DNA of 64,000 nucleotides. It comes from Vampirovibrionaceae bacterium NZW_1234. GTDB taxonomy: Bacteria; Cyanobacteriota; Vampirovibrionia; Vampirovibrionales; JAGQHJ01. Below the pieces are notes generated by a model, which saw only the letters and a program-made list of their open reading frames with translations, searched no databases and had not been told where the DNA came from. The stretch's first letter is position 1. Each line of letters begins with the position of its first letter. Position numbers and translations under genes: made by a program. Below, piece after piece: positions 49,321 to 57,934 of the stretch. The stretch spans positions 159,151-223,150 of the forward strand of contig JBGUGD010000035.1 of the NCBI GenBank assembly GCA_041697335.1, in the 5' to 3' direction.

Positions 49321-50922
49321 ATGACCAAAAAACCAAAAAAAGCCGCAGTCCCAAGTCTCTTTCGATCGGCCTCGCTGATAGCCGTGGTGACTGTTGTGAG
49401 TAAAATCCTGGGCCTCCTCCGGGATCAGGTGATGGCACATGCCTATGGGGCAGGCGTAGTCAGCGATGCTTATAACTATGCCTTTCAAATCCCTTCGTTT
49501 GCACTCGTCCTTCTGGGCGGTCTAGGGGGACCCTTTCACACCGCTACCGTATCGGTATTAGCAAAGCTCACCAAGGATACGGCCCCACCCTCTGCTCAAA
49601 CACAACAACTGGTCAATACATTTGTTACCGTCACTGGGGTGGTTGCTACTGCTTTAGCATTGATCGTATTGGTCTTCGCACCACAAATTATTGGGGTCAT
49701 TGCTCATGAAGCGTCACCCGATTTGAAAGCCATCGCCGTACTTCACCTTCGATGGATGACGCCAATGATTATCCTAGGGAGCATTATTGGCATTTTTTAT
49801 GGCATCGCGAACATCTATCATCGGTTCTTTTGGTCTTCTCTCTCACCCTCAGCCATCAATATTACACTTATATTATGGATCTGGTTCCTGGGCCCCGACG
49901 ATTTAGGTTTGGCCCTAGCCATTTCAACCATGCTAGGTGCCGTTCTCCAAGTCCTCTTACAGTTACCAGATTACATCACAACAGGCTTTCGCTATAAACC
50001 TGCTTGGCAGCTACAGGACAAGGACTTGAAAACCATGGGAGAACTGCTTTTTCCAGCAACAATTGGCACCACTATTGGACAGTTGAATATTTATACAGCC
50101 ATGTTCTTTGCCTCGCTGCTTCCTGCTGGGGGCTGGACAGCCATTACGTTGGGCAACCGCCTGATTCAATTGCCGATTGGTGTCTTAATTATTGCGATGT
50201 TAGTCCCCTTGTTCCCACGGTTTTCGAGACTTGTAGCAGACCAAGACTTTGACTCTCTCAGAAACAGTTTTCGGGATGGAATTTTGACGTTATGGTTGCT
50301 CAGCTTACCCATCATGGCTCTGATTTTTTTAGTTGGCACAGATGGGGTTGCTCTCCTGTTTCAACGAGGGGAGTTTAATGCGGAAGACACCCATATGGTT
50401 AGCACCGTATTGGTTGTTTTATCTGTTTCCATGCTTCCCTATATGCTTCGGGACGGGATTACTCGAATTTTTTATGCGTTTAACGATTCCAAGACCCCCC
50501 TTATTGCAGGCTTATCCTCCATTGGCATCAATGTGCTCTTTAACTTTTTATTGGTCAAACCCTTTGGTATTGGCGGCATTGCCATGTCCACCGTGATTGT
50601 GAGTCTATGGAACGCAACACTGTTGTGTTTGCTGGTACGAAAACATATTCCTTCGATGGGCTTTGGCCAATTTGTTTCGCCCACCTTCAAGATGATTTTG
50701 GCAGCGATTGTTGCGTTTGCTGCAGGTTATCTGGCTTTACAGGCTTGTGCCATTTTGTACGCCTATTGGCAGTTGAAACATTTGCATCTTATTTCGCTAA
50801 TCAATATTCTGGCTGCCCTGATCACGGTCGGTGGGGTTTATGGGGTTTTGTTGATTATACTGCGGGTGACGTTGGTTCATCGCGTCACTGAGCGCTTGTT
50901 AAAGCGCAGAGCAAGCTCTTAG
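49321..50922 (+). CDS. murJ: Lipid II flippase MurJ
   Basis: SKILGLLRDQVMAHAYGAG..DAYNYAFQIP, RLIQLPIG, LFQRGEF, RIFYA..D.KTP. Confidence 0.95.
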   Translation: MTKKPKKAAVPSLFRSASLIAVVTVVSKILGLLRDQVMAHAYGAGVVSDAYNYAFQIPSFALVLLGGLGGPFHTATVSVLAKLTKDTAPPSAQTQQLVNTFVTVTGVVATALALIVLVFAPQIIGVIAHEASPDLKAIAVLHLRWMTPMIILGSIIGIFYGIANIYHRFFWSSLSPSAINITLILWIWFLGPDDLGLALAISTMLGAVLQVLLQLPDYITTGFRYKPAWQLQDKDLKTMGELLFPATIGTTIGQLNIYTAMFFASLLPAGGWTAITLGNRLIQLPIGVLIIAMLVPLFPRFSRLVADQDFDSLRNSFRDGILTLWLLSLPIMALIFLVGTDGVALLFQRGEFNAEDTHMVSTVLVVLSVSMLPYMLRDGITRIFYAFNDSKTPLIAGLSSIGINVLFNFLLVKPFGIGGIAMSTVIVSLWNATLLCLLVRKHIPSMGFGQFVSPTFKMILAAIVAFAAGYLALQACAILYAYWQLKHLHLISLINILAALITVGGVYGVLLIILRVTLVHRVTERLLKRRASS

Positions 50923-50923
50923 C

Positions 50924-50954
50924 AAAAAGAAACCCCACCGACTTGCGGTGGGGT
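50924..50954 (-). terminator. Intrinsic terminator of the repeat-protein gene
   Basis: Minus strand ACCCCACCG-CAAGT-CGGTGGGGT-TTCTTTTT. Confidence 0.85.
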
Positions 50955-50985
50955 AAGGCTAGAATGAAATGTAGGAAAACTATGA

Positions 50986-53900
50986 TTATGCTTCGTAGGT
51001 GATATCGCTGCCTTCGTAAAATACGGAGGTGTTGAGGTTGCGGTTGTAGTAGAAGGTCTTGCCATTGGCATCGGTTTTCTTCTGCCAATCGGAAGCACTC
51101 CCTGCCAACTTGATATCGCTGCCTTCGTCTTTGACTCGAACTGTACTGTTACGAGCCGTAACGAAGATAACATCATCATCATGCTCATCATCAGTTTCGA
51201 TGGTGATATTTTGGTTTTGACCGCTTACATTCACAATGTTGCGACCGCCACCCAAATCAGCGGAGAAGTTGTTGTTACCGCCACCGATGTTGACGACATC
51301 GTCACCGTTGCCGACGGTCAACTTATCCCGACGGTTACGTCCGGTAATATCGATGTTTTGGTTGCCATCAGCACCACCAACTACGGTACCCTGGTTGTTG
51401 TTACCTGCCAAGGTCACATTGTTGTTACCAGAACCGGTCGTAATGGCTTGGCCATTGTTATTACCAGCGACGGTAAAGCTGTTGTTACCGCTTCCGGCTT
51501 GGATAGCCTGGTTGTTGTTATTGCCTTGCAGGCTTGCCGTGTTATTACCTGAACCGAACTGAGTGCTAACACTGCTGTTCAGGGAGCTGTCTTGGTGCGA
51601 GTTGTTACCTTCACCGGCCACCACTTGAGTACTACCGTTATTGTTGGCTGTGACCGTGGTGTTGTTGCCATCGCCAGCCGTAATGGTGGTGTTGGCGTGG
51701 GTAGTGGTCACCGTAGTCGTATTGTTGCCGTGGCCTGCATTGATGGTCGTGTTGCCTCGGTCATTGTTCACGGTGGTGGTGTTATTGCCATCACCCAATT
51801 GAACACCCACTTGGGTCCGATCACCTTGAACTGTTACTGAGTTGTTGCCATCGCCAGAGCGGATGGTAGCACTGCCTCCTTGGCTTTGCTGATCCACGGT
51901 GTTGTTGGCGTGTCCAAGGTTCATCGTCGTATTGGAATTGGTATCTCGCTGAGTTACGCTGGTGGGCGTATCATTAGAGGTAATGGTGGTCGTACTGTTG
52001 GAACTATTGCCCACAATACGAGTGTCACCGCCATCGTTTCGGGTATTAATGTTCACCACTCCGTTTTGGGCTTGGGTAAAGATGCTGGTGAAGCCATTAT
52101 TTTGAGTACCGACATTGATGCTACCACCGTTCGTATTGGTCCCGATGGTGGTATCACCATTGTTCTGAGTACGGATGTTGGTATTGCTACCAGTGCCTCG
52201 GTTATCTACCGCTACAGTAGTATCACCGGTATTTTGTGTTGCGATGTTGTTGGTGGCACCGTTACCGTTATTAACAACCGCCATTCCGGTATCACCTTGG
52301 TTGTTCAAGATAGCATTAGTGGTTGAACCATTACCGGTGTTGTTGACAGCCACTGCAGTAGTACCACCGGAATTCTGGGTGGCAACAGCCGTGGTCGCAT
52401 TATTGCCAGTGTTATCAACTCGAGCGGTAGTATTGCCCGTGTTGTTCGTTGCCACAACCGCAACCGAGTTATCGCCCTGGTGAGTAATTTGGTTGCTGCT
52501 GTTTCCGGTGTTTTGGCTTACGATAGCAGACTGCGAGCCGGCACCATTACTGTTAATTTGAACCTGGGTATCACCTTGATTTTGGGATTGAACCACAGTA
52601 ACGTTGTTGGCCCCGGTATTAGCAACCGTCACTTGGGAGTTACCCTGGTTGGCCATAGCAACGTCGGTCACATTGCCATTGCCTGTGTTAGAAATATTTG
52701 CCTGGGTGCGACCTGTATTAGCGGTTTGAACGATGTTAGAACCACCATTGCTCTGGTTCATCACATTCAGGAAGGTATCACCCACGTTGTTGGTACCAAT
52801 TTGAGTATCATGATTGTCACCATTGTTGCTTACCCGCACGTTGGTGGGTCCACCCTGGTTCTGTGTCAAAACGCCATTTTGGACACCATTACCCTGGTTA
52901 GCAATGGTCACATTGGTGGTACCTTGATTTTGGGTCAGAACAGCGGCATTTGACTGTTGAGAATCAATGGCCACGTTGGTGGTACCTTGTGGGTTGGTGG
53001 CACCTGTTGCGACTTGAACATTACTATTGTTGCGAGCTTCCACCGCCGTGGTGACGTTGGACGAAGCCTGCTGAATGTTGACATTACTGTTATTGGCTCG
53101 GACACCCACTTGGGAGTCGCCTTGTCCGCCCGTAATCTCAACATTGACATTGCTGTCTCTTACATCTGCAGCCACAATGTGGTTGGATGTTTGAGACGTG
53201 CCGGCTTTCACATTCAGCGAAGCATTTGCAGCCGTCGTAATGGATGCCAGGCTATTCTGTGCTCCTGCATTAATATTCAAAGCACCGCCATTAATGTTGG
53301 CTTGAACACCCGTATTGCCTTGGCCTGTTGCATTAATGGTGGTTGTGTTTCTAAGACCTCCCACCTGGAACAAACCGTTGCCGTTATTTGTAATATTGGT
53401 GGTGTTCTCGGTACCGCCAATTAAGAATTGGCTGTTGGAAGCCAAGAAGGTAGAATTGTTCCGGCTACCAGAGAAATTCGCCGTTAGAATGCCTTCTTGC
53501 TGAGCACCATTCAAAGTGTTACCAGTGCCATTCACATTGAGTATGTTACTACCATTGCCTAAAGACAGACTGGTGGTGTTGCCGCTGCCAGCCAAATGCA
53601 CTTCGGAACGGCCGGCACCCGTTTGGATGTTCCCGCTACTTCCAATACTGTCATCGACAATCAGCGTGTCACCGCCCTCATCTAGAATAGTGCTAGTACC
53701 TTGATCATTTTCAAGATAATAAACATCTCGGCCAGTGCCACTTTTCGCTTCAATTATATTTCGCAACCCCGCAAACACAAAGGAATTGCCATCGTTTCCA
53801 GCAGTAAACAAGATTCGGTTATCACTGCCACCACCATATAAATAGTTTTGGCCACCGCCCAGGTGCAGCTCATGATGATTGCCGCTGCCGATGACAGCAC

Positions 53901-54150
53901 CGAAATCGGCTCCTAAGCCGGTTTGCGAATAATTGGTATTGCCGACACCACCGGCTAAAATAACGGTGGATGCGTCATTACCAAAGAAGAAGTTATTTTG
54001 CTCTTCACCACCCTGTGCCACAATATTGGTAAATGGGGGTAAAGACACCGCTTGGTTAAACTGGTTCTGCGCAGCCGTGTTCCGGAATGCTGGCAAGTTT
54101 GCCAGAATAAACGATACATGATTATTCGGTACAATATTACTATTACTCAT
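50986..54150 (-). CDS. Large N/G/T/Q-rich beta-solenoid repeat protein (adhesin or surface fibre candidate), 1054 aa
   Basis: About 23-aa TxNxGxTxVxVxNxGxG repeats centrally and GxGNN/GDD repeats at the ends; no cysteines; no obvious Sec signal. Confidence 0.85.
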   Translation of the reverse strand: MSNSNIVPNNHVSFILANLPAFRNTAAQNQFNQAVSLPPFTNIVAQGGEEQNNFFFGNDASTVILAGGVGNTNYSQTGLGADFGAVIGSGNHHELHLGGGQNYLYGGGSDNRILFTAGNDGNSFVFAGLRNIIEAKSGTGRDVYYLENDQGTSTILDEGGDTLIVDDSIGSSGNIQTGAGRSEVHLAGSGNTTSLSLGNGSNILNVNGTGNTLNGAQQEGILTANFSGSRNNSTFLASNSQFLIGGTENTTNITNNGNGLFQVGGLRNTTTINATGQGNTGVQANINGGALNINAGAQNSLASITTAANASLNVKAGTSQTSNHIVAADVRDSNVNVEITGGQGDSQVGVRANNSNVNIQQASSNVTTAVEARNNSNVQVATGATNPQGTTNVAIDSQQSNAAVLTQNQGTTNVTIANQGNGVQNGVLTQNQGGPTNVRVSNNGDNHDTQIGTNNVGDTFLNVMNQSNGGSNIVQTANTGRTQANISNTGNGNVTDVAMANQGNSQVTVANTGANNVTVVQSQNQGDTQVQINSNGAGSQSAIVSQNTGNSSNQITHQGDNSVAVVATNNTGNTTARVDNTGNNATTAVATQNSGGTTAVAVNNTGNGSTTNAILNNQGDTGMAVVNNGNGATNNIATQNTGDTTVAVDNRGTGSNTNIRTQNNGDTTIGTNTNGGSINVGTQNNGFTSIFTQAQNGVVNINTRNDGGDTRIVGNSSNSTTTITSNDTPTSVTQRDTNSNTTMNLGHANNTVDQQSQGGSATIRSGDGNNSVTVQGDRTQVGVQLGDGNNTTTVNNDRGNTTINAGHGNNTTTVTTTHANTTITAGDGNNTTVTANNNGSTQVVAGEGNNSHQDSSLNSSVSTQFGSGNNTASLQGNNNNQAIQAGSGNNSFTVAGNNNGQAITTGSGNNNVTLAGNNNQGTVVGGADGNQNIDITGRNRRDKLTVGNGDDVVNIGGGNNNFSADLGGGRNIVNVSGQNQNITIETDDEHDDDVIFVTARNSTVRVKDEGSDIKLAGSASDWQKKTDANGKTFYYNRNLNTSVFYEGSDITYEA

Positions 54151-54506
54151 CTCTTCTCTCTCTAGCCTCCTACTTTCAAGGCGTGCAACAAAGGCACCCC
54201 TATACTCTCTTCTTAGTTTTCCTTCCATAATAAAAACAAGTATGAGTATTTTATTAACCTTTTGTATCTAAATGTAAATACGAATTTTTATCCTTTGCGA
54301 AGAATACAGATATAATCTTTATTTAACGCACAAGAACTTGCGTAAAACGCCCTGAATGCATTAAATACGAGCAAATGGGCTGGAAAAAGCTGAACCAGAG
54401 AAGGAACTATTTAACAAATACATTGAAGGCGTCATCAACATCCGGTATACTGTTACGCGGGATTAGCCTATTATCTTTGAGTTAGTTTGTTTACAAAGGT
54501 TGGCGT

Positions 54507-56273
54507 GTGTCAGTGCCAAAGGATGAAGCCATTTGTAAAGCTCCTCGTATCCTCGCTATAGAGAATACTGATAGTTTGTTGCGGTGTCTTCGCAGTGCGC
54601 TTGCTTTTGATGGGCTCGAGCCAACCTTTAAACAGGTTGATACACCAGAAGAGTTGCAGCAGGCCTTATCAGCAACCTCTTGGGACTTGGTCGTTGCTGA
54701 TACTGAAACCAAAGGGTTTGAACATTGGAGCCGCTCGCAACTGGAAGCACTGTGTGGCCCCAAAACTCGAGTAATATGTGTGGCAGAAACTCCACAACCC
54801 CCAGAAGTGCTCGATAAATCAAAACCTAACCAGTGGCTTCCTTTAGTTACCCGCTCAATACAACCAGCCCTTGTATTATTGACTTGGCAGAGTGATGCTA
54901 CAGGCAAGATAGTGTCCTTAAGCTCTTCTTGGGAAGAATTTACAGGAGTACAAAACAGCACTCTCCTGGCAGAAGGTTTTTTCAACACGATCTTTTTCGA
55001 GGACCGTCCCATCCTTGAAGAACTCTTCAGTATTATACGTAAAGCTCCTCAGCCCCTATCGGCTCAGGTCCGTCTACAAGGTAAAGACACCATCAGCCAA
55101 TGGTTCACGGTAACCCTGGTGCCCTTGGAATCTGGCTTCTCGGGCGTGTTTACAGAGTTACCCATGTACCAGATGCTTGAGCATCAACTCAACTTGGAGC
55201 AGGCCAAAGCCCAGTATGCTTCGGATATGGCTGATACAATTCTCATGATTGTGGATCGCCATTTTAATGTGGTTGCTATCAATCGCAAAGGGAGCCAACT
55301 ACTAGGACGCCCCAAGCAGGATATCATTGGCCAGAATTGGCTTGAACAGTTTATCCAACCTCAGGATGCTACAACTCTTAAAGCCTGGCTTACCCGCCTT
55401 GTGGAAGGTCAATCCAATGTTGACGAACAGATTGAACATGCTGTTTTCGGCCATAACCGGGAATCTAAAACTATAGCGTGGCAAACACCCTTTGTTTTTT
55501 CCAATGCCCACTATCAACCACTAATCTTTCTTTCCGGTCGTGATATTACAGAAGAGCGAGCGCTTCAAAATCGCAAAGAGAGCTTTGTAGCTACCTTAAC
55601 CCATGACTTGAACACGCCTATTCGTGCCGAGGTTCAAGTACTGGAGCTCCTGCTTTCCGAACATTTTGGACCTTTAACGCCAGAACAGCACGAAGTGCTG
55701 ACCGAGATGCTGCATTCGAATCGCTTTATGCATCGTATGGTAGATAGTCTACTGAGCATCTATAAGTACGAAGATGACCGAGTTGAGCTAAACTTAACCT
55801 GCATTGACATAAACGATTTCCTGCAAGCTTACTTGGCAAAGTATATTGAACCAATCCTCTCTGAAAAACAGCAAGCCCTTTCTCTTCAACTTGCCTCGTC
55901 TTTACCTGCCATTTGGCTGGATACGGAAGAAATCGGTCGTGTATTAAAAGCATTGCTAAACAATGCTATGTTTTTCTCCCCGACAGGAAGCCAAATTCGG
56001 GTTTCAACCGAGCATCATGAGCACGGCATTTGTGTGACCGTTAGTGACGATGGCCCGGGTATTGATCCTGATATAGTCCCTTCACTGTTTAGCCGCTATA
56101 GCAGTGTCACCAAAAAGTTTCGTCAAGTCGGTACAGGGCTAAGCCTTTATCTGGCCCGTCAAATTGTAGAGGCCCATGGCGGGCAAATTCAAGTGGACAG
56201 TACACTGGGCCGAGGGAGTCGGTTTTACTTTGTTTTACCATTAGCCCCGGCCAACAAGGCAGCATTGGATTAA
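54507..56273 (+). CDS. Cytoplasmic PAS-domain sensor histidine kinase with a degenerate N-terminal receiver-like region
   Basis: TLTHDLNTPI H-box, LLNNA N-box, DDGPGI, GTGLSL, HGG..GSRF; two PAS-like segments. Confidence 0.9.
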   Translation: MSVPKDEAICKAPRILAIENTDSLLRCLRSALAFDGLEPTFKQVDTPEELQQALSATSWDLVVADTETKGFEHWSRSQLEALCGPKTRVICVAETPQPPEVLDKSKPNQWLPLVTRSIQPALVLLTWQSDATGKIVSLSSSWEEFTGVQNSTLLAEGFFNTIFFEDRPILEELFSIIRKAPQPLSAQVRLQGKDTISQWFTVTLVPLESGFSGVFTELPMYQMLEHQLNLEQAKAQYASDMADTILMIVDRHFNVVAINRKGSQLLGRPKQDIIGQNWLEQFIQPQDATTLKAWLTRLVEGQSNVDEQIEHAVFGHNRESKTIAWQTPFVFSNAHYQPLIFLSGRDITEERALQNRKESFVATLTHDLNTPIRAEVQVLELLLSEHFGPLTPEQHEVLTEMLHSNRFMHRMVDSLLSIYKYEDDRVELNLTCIDINDFLQAYLAKYIEPILSEKQQALSLQLASSLPAIWLDTEEIGRVLKALLNNAMFFSPTGSQIRVSTEHHEHGICVTVSDDGPGIDPDIVPSLFSRYSSVTKKFRQVGTGLSLYLARQIVEAHGGQIQVDSTLGRGSRFYFVLPLAPANKAALD

Positions 56274-56746
56274 AGCATTTTCATCATCTTGACGTGAAGG
56301 ATACCCGCTTCATCAAAAGGCTCCTTGTCTATCACGACATAGCCGAGTTTTTCATAAAATCCTTGGCTTTGAACTTGACCATGAAGATAAACATAGTCAA
56401 ATCCTTGTTTTTTTGCCGCATCAGCCACATGAATCATCAATTGCCTCCCAATACCCGCCCCTCGGTAGTCTGGCAGAACAGCCACTCGTTCCATCTTACC
56501 GACACGTCCCTTAATCCCATAAGATCCGGGCACATCCGTTTTTTCTCGAAAGCGCATGGTTGCAATCGCTTGCCCGAATCCGTTTCGTACTAGCCAATGT
56601 TGAGATTGATCTTCAAACGCATCTACTTCTTCTTCCAATGACACGCCTTGCTCTTCTACAAAGACCTGGAAACGAATTTGCATGGCCTCTCGTCGTAAGT
56701 CAGGCGTCTCGGCCAATTGAATTTGAAAGGTGGAGGATGTGTTCAT
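56270..56746 (-). CDS. GNAT acetyltransferase (ElaA/YjcF-like)
   Basis: IRFQVFVEEQGV, RVAVLPDYRGAGIG, FYEKLGY, FDEAGILH. Confidence 0.9.
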   Translation of the reverse strand: MNTSSTFQIQLAETPDLRREAMQIRFQVFVEEQGVSLEEEVDAFEDQSQHWLVRNGFGQAIATMRFREKTDVPGSYGIKGRVGKMERVAVLPDYRGAGIGRQLMIHVADAAKKQGFDYVYLHGQVQSQGFYEKLGYVVIDKEPFDEAGILHVKMMKML

Positions 56747-56862
56747 TGCCTCTGTACCTCCTCTTTGATGTAAAACGCCCTACATACTAACAAAAACCAC
56801 CGCCGATTTCAGGCGAATTAACAAATAATTTAGACCTTTAAACCCTGAAGTCAGTTAAGCCC

Positions 56863-57342
56863 TTATGAGGCAACGAGTTTAGCCACATGAGGCACAAATA
56901 CACACACACCACAAGCTAGGGCGGCAATTGCAGTTACAAACACCGCACCTGCAGCCGTGTCCTTTATGGCCTTTGCTCTTAAGTCAAAACGGCCTTCGGT
57001 AAGCATATCCACCAAGAGTTCTATAGCCGTATTCATCAGCTCAGCAAACAAAACAATCCCGATACAGCCCCAAATAATCGTCCACTCCACCAGAGAAATT
57101 TGCAGAACCGAGGAAAGAGTAAGGGCAAACGCCCCCAAAGCTAGATGAATCCGAAAGTTTCGCTGGGTCCGGGCCGCATACAGGATCCCTTCCCAGGCAT
57201 AAGAAAAGCTGGCTAACAGATTTTCAGACTTAAACCCAACGCGAAAGCTACCCAGTTTAGAGAAGGCAGACTTCTTTGACAAGGGAGAGGTCTCAGGAAC
57301 CTCAGCTTGCAAGAGTTTAGCAGGTTTATTTAATAAGTGCAT
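56863..57342 (-). CDS. dgkA: Diacylglycerol/undecaprenol kinase
   Basis: SFSYAWEG, QRNFRIH, ELMNTAIE, KAIKDTAAGAV. Confidence 0.93.
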   Translation of the reverse strand: MHLLNKPAKLLQAEVPETSPLSKKSAFSKLGSFRVGFKSENLLASFSYAWEGILYAARTQRNFRIHLALGAFALTLSSVLQISLVEWTIIWGCIGIVLFAELMNTAIELLVDMLTEGRFDLRAKAIKDTAAGAVFVTAIAALACGVCVFVPHVAKLVAS

Positions 57343-57934
57343 GAATCACTGCTTTTTGGATGGCTACCACTTTATTATAGTCGGGTATTGTGTCATGGTG
57401 AACCCCTAGGAGATGGAGACAACCATGAACGAACCGTTCCATGATATATAACGTCAATTCATGAGAAAAATTGAGCCCATTTTCCTGAATCTTAGGCTTT
57501 TCTTTACATACGTGATCCATCGCCCAGGTCAGGGATAAATATACTTCCCCCAGGTTCAGTTCTGGTACAACAAGTTCTGCAGCAATTTCAGACACGTCCT
57601 CAAGCAAGGAAAACGTCAGGACGTCTGTGGCGCTATCCTTTTGACGAAAGTCACGGTTCAATTGATGAATCTCCTGGTTTTCGATGACAATGGCACTGAA
57701 TTGAACTGTTTGGCGGTTTTCATGCGCCTGGCGTAACCATGGATTGTCTGACAGTTGCTCGACCAAGAGCTTCCATAACGATGGAAAGTTATCCACAAGG
57801 GTCTTAAAGATCGATTCAGCCCAAGTGGTCTGATGATCTAATACTGCTTGACTGAGAGCAAGATCCACAGATACGGGGACTGGCTCATCCAAGATGAGGG
57901 TTTCGCAGTGGGTTTCTGCTAACGTTAGCAGCAT
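57326..57934 (-). CDS. ybeY: rRNA maturation endoribonuclease YbeY
   Basis: LNRDFRQKDSATDVLTF, LGEVYLS, HGCLHLLGVHH. Confidence 0.93.
   Translation of the reverse strand: MLLTLAETHCETLILDEPVPVSVDLALSQAVLDHQTTWAESIFKTLVDNFPSLWKLLVEQLSDNPWLRQAHENRQTVQFSAIVIENQEIHQLNRDFRQKDSATDVLTFSLLEDVSEIAAELVVPELNLGEVYLSLTWAMDHVCKEKPKIQENGLNFSHELTLYIMERFVHGCLHLLGVHHDTIPDYNKVVAIQKAVIHALIK

Noticed and set aside
51181..54121. Many plus-strand ORFs and apparent DNA repeats
   Set aside because: Shadows of the repetitive minus-strand protein; no constant repeat-spacer pattern, so not a CRISPR array
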